Shown here: piece after piece, positions 51,584-63,100 of the stretch
How positions within the stretch are numbered: the first letter of the stretch is position 1
How the letters are laid out: the number at the start of each line of letters is the position of its first letter
Assembly (NCBI GenBank): GCA_021513715.1
Contig: CP084167.1
Span: 1,024,001-1,088,000 of the forward strand
Origin: Candidatus Heimdallarchaeum endolithica
GTDB lineage: Archaea; Asgardarchaeota; Heimdallarchaeia; Heimdallarchaeales; Heimdallarchaeaceae
Reading direction: 5' to 3'
Length of the DNA: 64,000 nucleotides
Translations under genes and position numbers: made by a program
Notes under the pieces: model-generated
What the model was told of the DNA's origin: nothing
What the model saw: the letters and a program-made list of their open reading frames with translations, nothing else
Database searches by the model: none

Positions 51584-53005
51584 TTAATCACTGTAAGAAA
51601 CTGTTTCTTGTTTATAGTTTATCCAGTAGACATTTTCTTGTATCAAATCATGTTTTAATTTATTAGACTTAATAGTTGAGAAAGCATTTAGAAGCTTTAC
51701 ATAAGCCCACTCAAAAGAACCTCTCATTTTTAATTTTAGCAGTATTTGTATAATAAGTTCATAGAAAAGGAGAACATAAAAATCTATGAAAACTATCAGG
51801 TAAAAATATTCTTTTGGGATAACATAGTGTTTCATAAGATTAATACCTGTAGATTTTCGTATTATAACAGATAATATCCATCTAGGAAGCAATTCTAAAA
51901 TATTAAAGGAATAGATTGTTAAAGATAGTGTGCTCCATCTTCTAAAGAACTTCACCATCTTTTTATTAGCGACTTTCTCTCCTCTACCTCTAAATTCTAT
52001 CTGATTTAGCAAGATCATTACCAGAATTATCTGTCCTCCCAATCTTACTAAATAAGATCCAATTGATGGGGTATTTTCAATAGTAGTAAATGTAAAAATG
52101 TGATATTTTTGCGATAAGGAAGGAAATCGAAAACCTATAACAATAAGTATTGAGCCCAAGAAAATCATTAATAATCCTGATAAAACAAAATACAACAAAC
52201 CTTTTCTTTTTGGGTTTGGTTCAGACAAGAATAGACCAATAATTGTTCCTACAAATGAAGAGACTAAAAATGGCAGTAATGGGAACTTAGGCCCAATTAC
52301 TATGTTTAGGAGCATAGTTTTAAAGGTAAAATAATGACTAACCACATATATATCTGGCCAACCAGGAATATAGTTATTAGAAATTAGATCATTAAGGAAA
52401 GGAGTAGAAAAGAGAACAAGAAAAATTAGTATAACATAGATTAGGATGTATCTCTTTATTTTTTTATAACCTTCATTTTTTAATAGAAAGAATAGTATAA
52501 AACCATTAATAATAAGAGCAAAACCTATAATTTGAAGAGTCTGTATCCAAAAATTTTCAGATAGAAAAGGTCTAAAGTTTGACCAATCTCCTGAGCGAAT
52601 AGCTGTTCCGAAATATCCCCAATACCCCAATCCTTCAACTAAATATCCTATGAATACTATAACTACTCCACCGGCTACATTTTTCTTTAATAATTTTTTC
52701 ATATCATGTTCCATTCTCGCTTTTTTGGAAAAAGTGAGTGAATTAACTATTGCAGAAATGAAAAGAAAAAAACCATGCCAGGTCCCGAAATAACCTAACA
52801 GGACTATTAAAAACCATGTAAAAGGAGAAAAACTAAGATTACCTGAATAAAAAGAGTCCATTAACCAACTAGCATCAAAGAGTTTGTAACTTACGTGTAC
52901 TAAAATTACTCCAAAGATAGCTACACCTCTTAAGATATCTAGTGAGACCAATCTTTTCGGCAGTTTATCTACAGAAATATTTGCTTTTTTCTTTTCAAAA
53001 TTCAA
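51584..53005 (-). CDS. HGSNAT/DUF1624-like membrane acyltransferase (paralog 3)
   Basis: 'RLVSLDILRGVAIFGVILVH'. Confidence 0.75.
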   Translation of the reverse strand: MNFEKKKANISVDKLPKRLVSLDILRGVAIFGVILVHVSYKLFDASWLMDSFYSGNLSFSPFTWFLIVLLGYFGTWHGFFLFISAIVNSLTFSKKARMEHDMKKLLKKNVAGGVVIVFIGYLVEGLGYWGYFGTAIRSGDWSNFRPFLSENFWIQTLQIIGFALIINGFILFFLLKNEGYKKIKRYILIYVILIFLVLFSTPFLNDLISNNYIPGWPDIYVVSHYFTFKTMLLNIVIGPKFPLLPFLVSSFVGTIIGLFLSEPNPKRKGLLYFVLSGLLMIFLGSILIVIGFRFPSLSQKYHIFTFTTIENTPSIGSYLVRLGGQIILVMILLNQIEFRGRGEKVANKKMVKFFRRWSTLSLTIYSFNILELLPRWILSVIIRKSTGINLMKHYVIPKEYFYLIVFIDFYVLLFYELIIQILLKLKMRGSFEWAYVKLLNAFSTIKSNKLKHDLIQENVYWINYKQETVSYSD

Positions 53006-53162
53006 GCTCTTTCAACTCAATGTTTTCTTTTGGTTTAAAAATTCATTTAAGATTTTCTATTCTTATTTACTATTCACTAGCCAATCATTTTTACAAAATA
53101 CATTTCTGTTAGTAATAAATATACCTAAATAAGAAAAACTTAATTTTTTCTATTTCAGATAA

Positions 53163-53789
53163 TTATTTTCTGTTTTCATTATTTTTCCGTCTTTTTTTCT
53201 TCCTTTCTTCTCTGTCTTTTTTTATACGGTAAGGAATTAGAAAAGGAAAACTAAACAAGAAAACAAAAAACTCGAATATAATTGACCCTTTTTCTGGAGG
53301 TTTTCCTATAAATCTACTCAAAAAAGCATCAAAAGTGTTTCCTAACAAATTTCCTATTGAAATCATCCTTATTATAATTAGTATATTCTCTGCTTCTTCT
53401 TCCCCGTAAAAATCAATCAACTGTTCTAAAGCCTCTTTTTGTGGGTTTTCCTCTGTTTCTGTGAAGTGTTGTGCAAACATTAATGCTAAACTCTCTTCTT
53501 CTGAACTGATATTAAAATTGAATTTCATTAATTCTTTTATTTCTTCTTCATTGCAGCCAGCTTTTTTAGCCCAATCAGTGTGTCCCCAAGCGCAATAGCG
53601 ACAACCATTTACCGCAGTGACTACTAACATTATTCTTTCTCGAAAAGCTTCACTTATTTTTTCAGATCGCATTGCTCTTCGAACTATCTTTCTGTTTTGC
53701 ATTATTACTTTATTAGCTTTGTAAAATGTTCTAAAAGTGAAAGTTCTTTTTGAAAAATATTTACCATATTCTATAATTTTATTTCTCAT
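53163..53789 (-). CDS. Carboxymuconolactone decarboxylase / AhpD-like protein
   Basis: 'ERIMLVVTAVNGCRYCAWGH' CxxC-H motif. Confidence 0.88.
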   Translation of the reverse strand: MRNKIIEYGKYFSKRTFTFRTFYKANKVIMQNRKIVRRAMRSEKISEAFRERIMLVVTAVNGCRYCAWGHTDWAKKAGCNEEEIKELMKFNFNISSEEESLALMFAQHFTETEENPQKEALEQLIDFYGEEEAENILIIIRMISIGNLLGNTFDAFLSRFIGKPPEKGSIIFEFFVFLFSFPFLIPYRIKKDREERKKKRRKNNENRK

Positions 53790-54031
53790 TCGACTACCCC
53801 TTTGAAATGAAGAGATTATAAGAAAATTCATTTTACAAGAAAAATTAGAGAATTCTAAATAGTACCTTAAAATTCAGTTTTCTTAATTTATAAGCTTTTT
53901 ACTTTTTAATTATGTTTTTTCACTTGTGTAAAGTGTCCTTCTATAATAGGTGAATAATAAGTAAAAGTTTTGATAGTTTGTGTTCAGGTTCTAACAATGC
54001 AATAATCATAAAGTTGCAAAATCTGAAATAT

Positions 54032-56620
54032 TTAACTAATCCATTTAATTTTTTTCAATCCTGACCTAAAACTTAATTTTTTCTGTCCGGATAATAAAAG
54101 ATATTTATTATCCTCACTAAGCAGATTTCTATTGTTAATTAATTCCAAAAAATCTTTCAACAGTCTTTCTTCAATGTTTGTTCCCGTATTTTTATCTAAA
54201 TTTCTGTTTCTTGTTAGGAATTTAATTATAGTTTTAATAAAACTGTTTCTTGATTTTTGTTTTTTAAACAATTCATCAAAATATGTCTGTAAATAGATTT
54301 TTTCCTGAACATATAGTCTTTGATTTTTCAGAGCAAATTTTGTTGGTAGTGTTAATCTTAATGTAGACAGATTATCATTTTTTATTGAAATAAAACAAGG
54401 GATGTAACCCAATGCAATTCTTTTTGTAGTTTCATAATTTTTTAGCGGAGATAGAGAAGAATCTATTGCATATCTCCTAGCTATTTGTTGTTCATCACTT
54501 ACATCCATTATCATTTTTTCTCTAACACTAATTTTTATAGATTCTATAAGTTCCACTTTATTCTGATAATCTTTAACAAACCTCTTATTTTTTTCTTCAT
54601 TTTTTTCTAGAATTCTCATCACTTCTTGTTGTTTCTTCAACAGTCCACGTAATTGATTTTCTTGTGATAGAATTTCTTCCTCAAATTCTTTAATTTTTTT
54701 TAATTGCTCAATTTGCAATTTAGAATAGCCAGTTTTCATTCTATTTAATCTATTAACCTCATTTTCAAATTGAACTAATTTCTCTCTTAATTCATTTCTT
54801 AAGTCATTATATGTGATATTTCTTAATTGTATTCGAATTTGTTCGATGTTATTTTTTGCGTCTTTAATACGTAAGTTAGTTTTCTTTATTTCATTTTCAA
54901 TTTCTTCTACTTTATTCTTTATCCTTTCTCTATTATTTCTATTTTGAGATATTGACTTTTTAAGTTTCGAAACTTCTGTATTAATTTTTTCTAATATTCG
55001 TTGATTTTGACTGATTACATTTTTTAGAACTGCTACCTCTCTATTATAGTTCTCATACAATTTTTCAAATATTTCATCAGCTGTTTCAACAAACATTTGA
55101 AAATATGAAATAAGCCTTTCGCTTCCCACAATGTCTCCTTTTAGAATATCCCCAATGTCTTTTTTGACTAAACTATCCATTTTTTCAGCAGAATAGATTT
55201 TAGGTTCTATTAAACCGTCATATTCTTCAAAATTAACATATTCATATATTCTAATGAATGGTAAGAAATTTTCTAGATCTTGAACAAAATGTCTGAGAAT
55301 TACATTTATTGTGATATTCTTTTCAATAATATCAAGTTCTAATTCTCTTTCAAATTTTTCTAACGCAGGAAAATCATAAATTTCACTTATTTTTTCGCCA
55401 ACTTTATCTAAATTCCTGACTTGTCTATAAGAAAACGACATTGTATTTGATTCAAATAGTTGCGATATTGATATTGGTATAATTTCTTTTTCTGAAAGAT
55501 AAAATGCCATTGGAATAAATAATGGTGCTATTTTCGAGTATTTTATTTTTTCATAATTAAGAGCTTGCATTGCCAATACTAAAGACTCATCAAGGCTCCA
55601 TGTAGAAAATAATTTTTTTCCTTCGACTAATCCAAATGGAAAAGAAAATATTAGATATTCTGCATCAGGCAAAGGTTGATAGGTTTTCTTATTTTTTTGT
55701 TCTAATTTTGGTCTCGAAGGAAGAGGTTGAATTTTTTTACCTTCCCTTGGTTTGATAATATCTACAGATTCTAATTTTAGTTTATAATCTACAGAGATTT
55801 TTGCATTACCTTCTAGTTCGTAGCTATAAAAATTGTCATTTAAAGAAGGTTCGAAAAAAACACTTATATGCCCAGGATCAACAAAACCTATTTCTGGTGG
55901 AGTATAGGTAGGATCAACAGGCACCCATTTCTTTCTAGTATATATCTCTGCCCATGCATGACCACCCCAATCATCCACAATCTTACCATCTACAAACTCA
56001 AAATTTCCTGAGAAGCCAGAAACTAATCTACAAGGAATGTTTACAGCTCTGCATAAAGCAGCAAAAAGATTTGCTTTTTCATAACAAACACCCGTTTTCA
56101 AAACATAAGTATCATAAGCAGTTCGTTTCTTCCCCCCATATATTTCTGCATAAAGTATATTTCTATTTACGTACTCAGCTATCCTTGTAATTGCTTCTTC
56201 TAAATTTTTACAATTTTGAGTTAACTTCTTTGATTCATTAATTAATTGTTCATTTTCAGATTCTACTTCAAACGATGGAATTAAATAATTGTTTATCTCT
56301 GGGAGATACTTCTGAATAATTGGAAAAGGGATATTACTCATATCTTCTTTTTTAGCATTGGATATTATTTCAAGTTCTGCTTTGAAAATCACTGGATTAT
56401 CTGTGAAGTTATATGAATCGTAATGCACTTCTATTACTTGATCTTTATTTTCAATAGAAGAAGGTTCAGGTGAAATATCAATAAGTTTCACTCTTTGGTA
56501 ACGAGAATTTCCCGGCAGATACAAAGATAATTCGATAGCATCTAAAGTACCCTCAAAACAATATATATAGAAACCAAAGCTTATTTTAAATTTAGCATAC
56601 TCAGCGTTTAAAATGTCCAC
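54032..56620 (-). CDS. Transglutaminase-like domain + long coiled-coil protein
   Basis: Triad 'GVCYEKA...HAWAE...VDPT'. Heptad-rich region at about aa 510-690. No signal peptide or TM seen. Confidence 0.85.
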   Translation of the reverse strand: MDILNAEYAKFKISFGFYIYCFEGTLDAIELSLYLPGNSRYQRVKLIDISPEPSSIENKDQVIEVHYDSYNFTDNPVIFKAELEIISNAKKEDMSNIPFPIIQKYLPEINNYLIPSFEVESENEQLINESKKLTQNCKNLEEAITRIAEYVNRNILYAEIYGGKKRTAYDTYVLKTGVCYEKANLFAALCRAVNIPCRLVSGFSGNFEFVDGKIVDDWGGHAWAEIYTRKKWVPVDPTYTPPEIGFVDPGHISVFFEPSLNDNFYSYELEGNAKISVDYKLKLESVDIIKPREGKKIQPLPSRPKLEQKNKKTYQPLPDAEYLIFSFPFGLVEGKKLFSTWSLDESLVLAMQALNYEKIKYSKIAPLFIPMAFYLSEKEIIPISISQLFESNTMSFSYRQVRNLDKVGEKISEIYDFPALEKFERELELDIIEKNITINVILRHFVQDLENFLPFIRIYEYVNFEEYDGLIEPKIYSAEKMDSLVKKDIGDILKGDIVGSERLISYFQMFVETADEIFEKLYENYNREVAVLKNVISQNQRILEKINTEVSKLKKSISQNRNNRERIKNKVEEIENEIKKTNLRIKDAKNNIEQIRIQLRNITYNDLRNELREKLVQFENEVNRLNRMKTGYSKLQIEQLKKIKEFEEEILSQENQLRGLLKKQQEVMRILEKNEEKNKRFVKDYQNKVELIESIKISVREKMIMDVSDEQQIARRYAIDSSLSPLKNYETTKRIALGYIPCFISIKNDNLSTLRLTLPTKFALKNQRLYVQEKIYLQTYFDELFKKQKSRNSFIKTIIKFLTRNRNLDKNTGTNIEERLLKDFLELINNRNLLSEDNKYLLLSGQKKLSFRSGLKKIKWIS

Positions 56621-56654
56621 AAAATTTTGTTCGGAAATAGTATCAGCCCCTAAT

Positions 56655-59600
56655 TTATCCTTTTCCTTTTTTTATACGTATTTTTAATATTGATCCTACG
56701 TCTATTCTATGCTTTATTCCATCTTTCTTAATAATAGGAGAAATATCTATGATATCTTCTTTATTAAAACTCCCTTTACGTACTTCCATCCTAACGTCAT
56801 TGATTTGTTTTTCCATTTCTCCTTTAACAATAATTATATCAACAAATAACAATGGCTGATTGTCTTGATAAAACATTTCATCCTCCAACTCGTATAATTC
56901 AATTAGTTTAGGATGAACTGATATTGAAGCACTACGATTATTGTGATTTGCAACTACAACCTCAACGAACTCATTCTTCATTAATTTGTCTAATCCTCGA
57001 ACGTCCAGAGTAGAATCTCTCTTTGATATTATATTTTCAGTTACTTTAGGTGGTATTCTGGAAGCTATTGTACGTTCTCTCTTTTGTGTTGAAGAGCTAG
57101 AAGTTGGAAATTGTCCATATAATCCAAGTTTTTCAGCAATTTTTTTGTTTTTTATAATATCCTTATAAAATGGATTTTCCTCTACAAAATTAGTACGACT
57201 GTCAGAATAGATGTATCGTTCTAGACTTTCTTTAAATTCATTACTACTCGAATGTGGAATTACATGAATAATATCAAACTTGGAAATTTTATAATTAATA
57301 TTAGCTCCTGAATTTTTATTTTCTCTGTATAGTACTATTGCTTGACGTAGTAAAGCTTCCAAACTGTTTTTTATATCACGAGGTGTTTGACGACCACATG
57401 ACATTTGACCAAGATGAAGGCATACATCATCTAAATTATTTTTTATGTCCTCATCATAAAGAATAGAATAAAATTTGTTTTTTAAATGCTTTTCTATATT
57501 GCTTTTCCATATTGTAGCATATACATCTTTTGTTTCTGGTGGAAGAATTTTTATTATGTCCGAGGATCTAGATTTTATAGCTTTATTCATCTGACTTGGA
57601 ATAAGATTAGTCAAAAAAATCAATCTAACATGTTCCTCCAGTCTAGATAATGAAGAAGTGCGTTCTTTTAAGACATTAATAATTTGTTTATTTTGAATAT
57701 AGTGACTATCACTTAGAAAAATATCTGCCTCATCAAAAACAGCAAAACAAGGTGAAGATGATAATATAGTATCAATCGCTTCATGCATATCTTCTGGTGT
57801 AATAATTTCTTTCAAATTAAATACAAGCACATTTAGTTCTTTTTTATAGAAGTTCTTTAAGGCAGATATCAGCATTGTTTTTCCACAACCAGGAGGACCA
57901 AATAATATTATTATTGGTATATGATCCATAAATTGTTGTTGCTCTGATAATGTAAGCATAGATTGGCCATGACAATATAAAATTACCTTTGGTTCATCTA
58001 AACCCTTAATATCTTTAAAAGTTGCTTTAGTTATTACCGTTGATTCCTTTCTTTCTTCCAAAAATCCTTTGAAAAAGTTTTCTCTCTCACTTTTGCCCAT
58101 GCTATCAACATTTGTATATTTAAAAAGTGAATATTTTTCTCGATTTTCTTTGTTATCAAAAAAATTTATGAATTCTTCTTCTCTATATCGTGCCTTATGA
58201 AATACACCTGTTCTATATCGTTCATAAATTTCCATCTTTACATTTGAACCTCTGAGCTCTTGAAATATTGAGCGCTCATTTTTTATTTGTTCAATTATTA
58301 GATTATTCAATTCATCTTTTTTATTCAACATGTTATTGTTATATGGCTCAAAATTTATATTAAATAATGCAGCTCTAATGTTTCGTGGTGCAATCTTTTT
58401 TCGCATTGCTTCTTGCGCAAATTTTTCTAAATCAAGATTAGCAATTACTTCTTCTCTAATTCCCAATTCATTACGTAGAATAACTTCAATAATATGTTGG
58501 TACTCCCATATATTATAAGGTAATCCAACGAAAATACTTCTATCAATTCGCTGAAATATTCTTCTATCCATTTTGTCTGGATGGTTTGTACAAAATACTA
58601 TCAATAGCTTATTATTAGAATGTGTTTCACCTTCAAGTTCTGATAGAAGCGTATTTAATACTTCTTCTCTAGCAACTGTACCACCGTCTTCGTGTGATGA
58701 AGAAGGAGGATGTGATATTGTATCAATATCATCAAATATTAATGCACAACCTTTACTATTTTCCATATTTGCGGCTAATCTTGCCCTCTCAAAATAGGTA
58801 GCCAAATTAGCAGCACTAGAACCCACATATCTTTCCATTATGTCACTTGGTCTTTCAATGTGAATTACATTCAATCCTAAAGCATCACATAATCTAACTG
58901 CCATAACTGTTTTTCCTGTTCCCGGAGGACCATAGAGTAGAACTTTATAACCACGTCTATTAATATCGGACATAGCTTTTTTATATGAATCAAGTATTAT
59001 ATATTTTAATTTCTCATTTCCTCCGATTTCAGAAAATGTATATTTAGGCTTAGGAGGTTCAGGATTTTGAAGGAACTTCATGTTATAAGATACAGAAATT
59101 TGATGAAAAAATTGTAAGTCCTGTTCAGGAAATTCATGTATTGACTGGATATGTGTAATAATATTATTGAAAACAAGCCTTTTTTTTGGAGAATTTTCTA
59201 GTTCAGACTCTATTATTGAAAATGAATCAATAACATTTCTTTTAGAAACTAGATCAGCTAATATTTCGACATCATCAGGAGAAATAGAAGAAATAGAATG
59301 TGTTTGAAATTTCTTTTGTATTAATTCTTTAATTCGTTCTTTTTTTAAAGGTGGAACATAAATTAAATTAAACATCTTTGCTATTCTTGAATGACCAGCA
59401 TGTCTCACAAGGTCTTGATAGTATAATTCTGAACAATATATTATTGTATAAGATCCTGTATTATCAATGCTTAAATTTTCCAATTCATTAATCAATGAAT
59501 AAAATCGCTCCTTCAATTGTTCAAATAAATTATTTCCCCCTCTTTGGTTAACAGCTAAAGGACGTTCTAGCCCATCTACTCTTATGATGTAAGGTTTACT

Positions 59601-59930
59601 CTTTAACTTTTTGTATAAATTAATAAAACTAATTCTCTGTCCAGAAGTAAAACTAGCTTGATTTTCATATAAATTTATAAATTGAGAATAAGGTGATGTA
59701 ACCGTTAATTTCTTATAAAAGCATTTAGCTAAATCCTTAACAGATGAAATTGAAGGACCAAAGAAGAATACTCCATTTTTGATTTTTGAATTTGTTTTAA
59801 TATCTTCTGCTCTTGCATTTACAATATCTTCCAACAATTTTTCAAACAAATAATCCCAAACTTCTTTAGGATAATATTCTTTTATCTCAGAACATAAATC
59901 CCTTTCTCCAACTAGTAGGTCTCTACTCAT
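56655..59930 (-). CDS. Large multi-module classic-clade AAA+ ATPase
   Basis: Walker A GPPGTGKT and GPPGCGKT, pore loop 'RYVG', Walker B 'LIFDD' and 'VFDE', SRH 'TNHPDKMDRRIFQR'. Confidence 0.9.
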   Translation of the reverse strand: MSRDLLVGERDLCSEIKEYYPKEVWDYLFEKLLEDIVNARAEDIKTNSKIKNGVFFFGPSISSVKDLAKCFYKKLTVTSPYSQFINLYENQASFTSGQRISFINLYKKLKSKPYIIRVDGLERPLAVNQRGGNNLFEQLKERFYSLINELENLSIDNTGSYTIIYCSELYYQDLVRHAGHSRIAKMFNLIYVPPLKKERIKELIQKKFQTHSISSISPDDVEILADLVSKRNVIDSFSIIESELENSPKKRLVFNNIITHIQSIHEFPEQDLQFFHQISVSYNMKFLQNPEPPKPKYTFSEIGGNEKLKYIILDSYKKAMSDINRRGYKVLLYGPPGTGKTVMAVRLCDALGLNVIHIERPSDIMERYVGSSAANLATYFERARLAANMENSKGCALIFDDIDTISHPPSSSHEDGGTVAREEVLNTLLSELEGETHSNNKLLIVFCTNHPDKMDRRIFQRIDRSIFVGLPYNIWEYQHIIEVILRNELGIREEVIANLDLEKFAQEAMRKKIAPRNIRAALFNINFEPYNNNMLNKKDELNNLIIEQIKNERSIFQELRGSNVKMEIYERYRTGVFHKARYREEEFINFFDNKENREKYSLFKYTNVDSMGKSERENFFKGFLEERKESTVITKATFKDIKGLDEPKVILYCHGQSMLTLSEQQQFMDHIPIIILFGPPGCGKTMLISALKNFYKKELNVLVFNLKEIITPEDMHEAIDTILSSSPCFAVFDEADIFLSDSHYIQNKQIINVLKERTSSLSRLEEHVRLIFLTNLIPSQMNKAIKSRSSDIIKILPPETKDVYATIWKSNIEKHLKNKFYSILYDEDIKNNLDDVCLHLGQMSCGRQTPRDIKNSLEALLRQAIVLYRENKNSGANINYKISKFDIIHVIPHSSSNEFKESLERYIYSDSRTNFVEENPFYKDIIKNKKIAEKLGLYGQFPTSSSSTQKRERTIASRIPPKVTENIISKRDSTLDVRGLDKLMKNEFVEVVVANHNNRSASISVHPKLIELYELEDEMFYQDNQPLLFVDIIIVKGEMEKQINDVRMEVRKGSFNKEDIIDISPIIKKDGIKHRIDVGSILKIRIKKGKG

Positions 59931-60135
59931 ATATAGCACCGATATTTATGTAAAAGAACTATATATATTCTCTTAAAAACTTTATTGTAGAAAAAATAGC
60001 GAGAGCTCTTTATGTTTATCTTGTGCTTAAATTGAAAAAACTACCAGATAAAAATTTTAGTATTTTTAGTTAACAAAATTTTTAATTAATGAAAGTTATC
60101 TACTAAAACACCTAAATGGTTTATAAAAAATAGGG

Positions 60136-63100
60136 GTGGTCAATATTAAAAGAGAAAAGATATTTAGTTATTTGATAATTTTATTGTTCTTATTAAATCC
60201 ATTCTCAACAGTTTTAATAAAGGATATTGAAAACAAAGATACTAAAAATAACGAAATAACTGACATCAAACCAGAGCATATAAATTCAAATATAAAAAAC
60301 ATAAGTAATAATCCTAAATCAGAAAATAAGAAAACTAAAATTAAAAATGATTATAATAAAAGTTCAAAAATTGAAGAAAAAAATACTAAAAAATTATCGG
60401 TGGAACTAAAAAAATACTCTAATGGATCTTACGTATCAGGAACAATTGAGCTCTATTTTACTTGTTCAGGCGTACCTAAAGCACAATCTATGACTCTATT
60501 GATAAATAATCAATTTAAAATGTGGGTATTGGGTTCAATAGGTATCTATATCTGGAATACAAAAACAATTGACGATGGAAAATATTACTTAAAATTAATT
60601 GTACATACAGAAAACAAAGACTACGCATTCTTTTGGTATATCTACGTTAGTAACAATATAACAGAAGAAAAAGTTTCTAATGAAAATGTAACTACCACTA
60701 AAAGTGATATAAAATCAGCTTTTCTCTTTATCCCCCCAATTTCAAGTAATACAATGCAATACATAAGTTCCAATATTGACATCACAATTAAAAATCCAGC
60801 TAATGATTCAACAGTAGGTGGAGATGTAACAATTGATGCCAATGCTAGTTCTAGCGTTGGAACAATAAGTGAAATGAGAATTTATATTGATGAAGAATTA
60901 AAGAAGAGCGTATTTGATATTGACAGCATAACTTATTTATGGAGTAGCTATTCAAACCCTGATGGAAATTATAATATTACAATTTATGCTAAGGATTCTG
61001 ATGGAGGAGAAAGCACAAAAACAATTTTTGTTCAAACAAACAACCACCCCGATATTAGTTTTATTTCACCAAGTAATAATGAAACAATAATCAAAGGAAT
61101 TTATTTAATTCAAGGAGAAGCAGTTTGTGAAGACACAATAAGTTGGTTTGCATTGAGAGTTGACAGTCTAACAGTTTATAACAGCTCTTCAAGTTCTATT
61201 TCGTATAACCTAGATACTGTTTCTTACTTTGATGGGAGACACACTTTAGAATTAATATGTAAGACAATTCATTCAATAGAAACAAACTTAAAATATATAG
61301 TAATAATTGATAATACAAAACCAGTTTTGTTTACTGATTATCCTACAAATAATACAGATATATATGGAACAATAACCCTAACAACTTCTGCATTTGATGT
61401 TCATTTTTCAAAAATTCAAATTATTATAAATGGAACAACAGTTTATTCTAATGGAAATGGAAGTTTTACCTGGAAAACAATCAATTATGAAGATGCTTAC
61501 TACAATGTTACAACAATAGCTAGTGACACAGTAGGTAACTCGCAAAAAGAATACTATCTTTACAAAATTGATAATGTGCCTAATTTTCATGTTAAACCAG
61601 AAAAAATAGTCATTGAAGGAAGTCAAAATTTCAATATAACAATAAATTGTGCAAATGAATTGAAATTTATCAGTTTATATTTTAATGGACTTTTATATTA
61701 TCAGACTACTAGTTATAATTTTAGTTATTTATTAGATTCTCTTGACTTTTTAGATGGAAATCTTACTGTATTAGTGAAAGCTATAGACACTGAAAATGTT
61801 GAATATTACTACTATACTTGGGTTATAGTTGATAACGATCCAGAAATCACAATTGATAATGATATAAATAATACTTATGTTCATGGGATACTTTCTTTGA
61901 ATTGTTTTTCCTCTAGTAATCATGTTACTAACATATCTGCAATCCTGGACAATACAGAAATTGCTTTTAATGATTCAAATTACCTTTCAATTAGCATTGA
62001 TACAAAAACATTGGCAACCACAAACCATAATCTTACAATAGTAATAAACGGCTTATACGGCCAAAATTCTACATACATTAATTTTTATGTCAATAATAAT
62101 CCAACAATTGATAGTTTTATTCCTCTGACGGGAACAAAGGTATTTAATGAAGTTAGTATAGAAGCATCAATAACCTTTGAGAACAATCCTGGTATAATAA
62201 TATTTTATATTAATGGAACAGTCGTTTATTCAATATCTGGAAGCAGTTCTGCGACCTACACATGGAACACTGAAAGTTATACCGATGGAACATACAATAT
62301 TTCTGTTTATTGTAAAGATGAATTTGGATTTTCTAATTTTACTTCAAACTTAATTTATTTAGAAAATACACCTGAAATATCGTTTCTTGACTGTACACCT
62401 GCAAATTCTACAGAAATCCATGCGACAGTTTTTGTTGCAGGTTATGTGACCTCGATTTTCGATATAGATTATGTTCAACTTTGGTTTAATAATTCCTTAA
62501 TAAATTCTACAAATTCAAAAAACTTCAATTTTAGTATTAATACTCTAAATTATAAAGATGGACAAAAGAATCTTACTATTATTGTAAAAACATTAAACTC
62601 TACAACAAACTATGTTTATATGCAATATTATATAAACAATGTACCAGAAATATTTCTTGATTCATTTAATGATGGAAGCAAAGTAGGGGGTAATTTTCTA
62701 CTAAAATTACATGTTGAATCTTTCTTTTCAGATCTTATACTTTCATTATATATCAATAACGAATTAAGGGAACAAATATCAAATTATCAGATTACTTATA
62801 ATTGGAATACAGAGGAGCTTTCAGATGGCAACGCAAATATCACCATTTATGCAGAGTGTACTGGAGGAAATAACATTTCAATTGCAATTGTTGAAATTGA
62901 TAATATACCAGATATCGAAATCATAAGTCCAGTTTCATTTAATGAGAAATTTATTGACAATGTTCTTTTTGATTTCATTGGGTCAGGATATTTTAATATT
63001 TCAAATGTATCATTATTTTTTGATAATAATTTAATACATTCAGTTACTGACACACAATATTTTACATATAACTTAGACACAACAAAATATGCCGACAATA

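Noticed and set aside
501-63098. Many 60-170-aa ORFs antisense to or overlapping long genes (e.g. 5245, 19914, 25065, 48286, 60642)
   Set aside because: Shadow frames of biased coding sequence, with Ser/Phe/Leu-rich low-complexity translations and no motifs.
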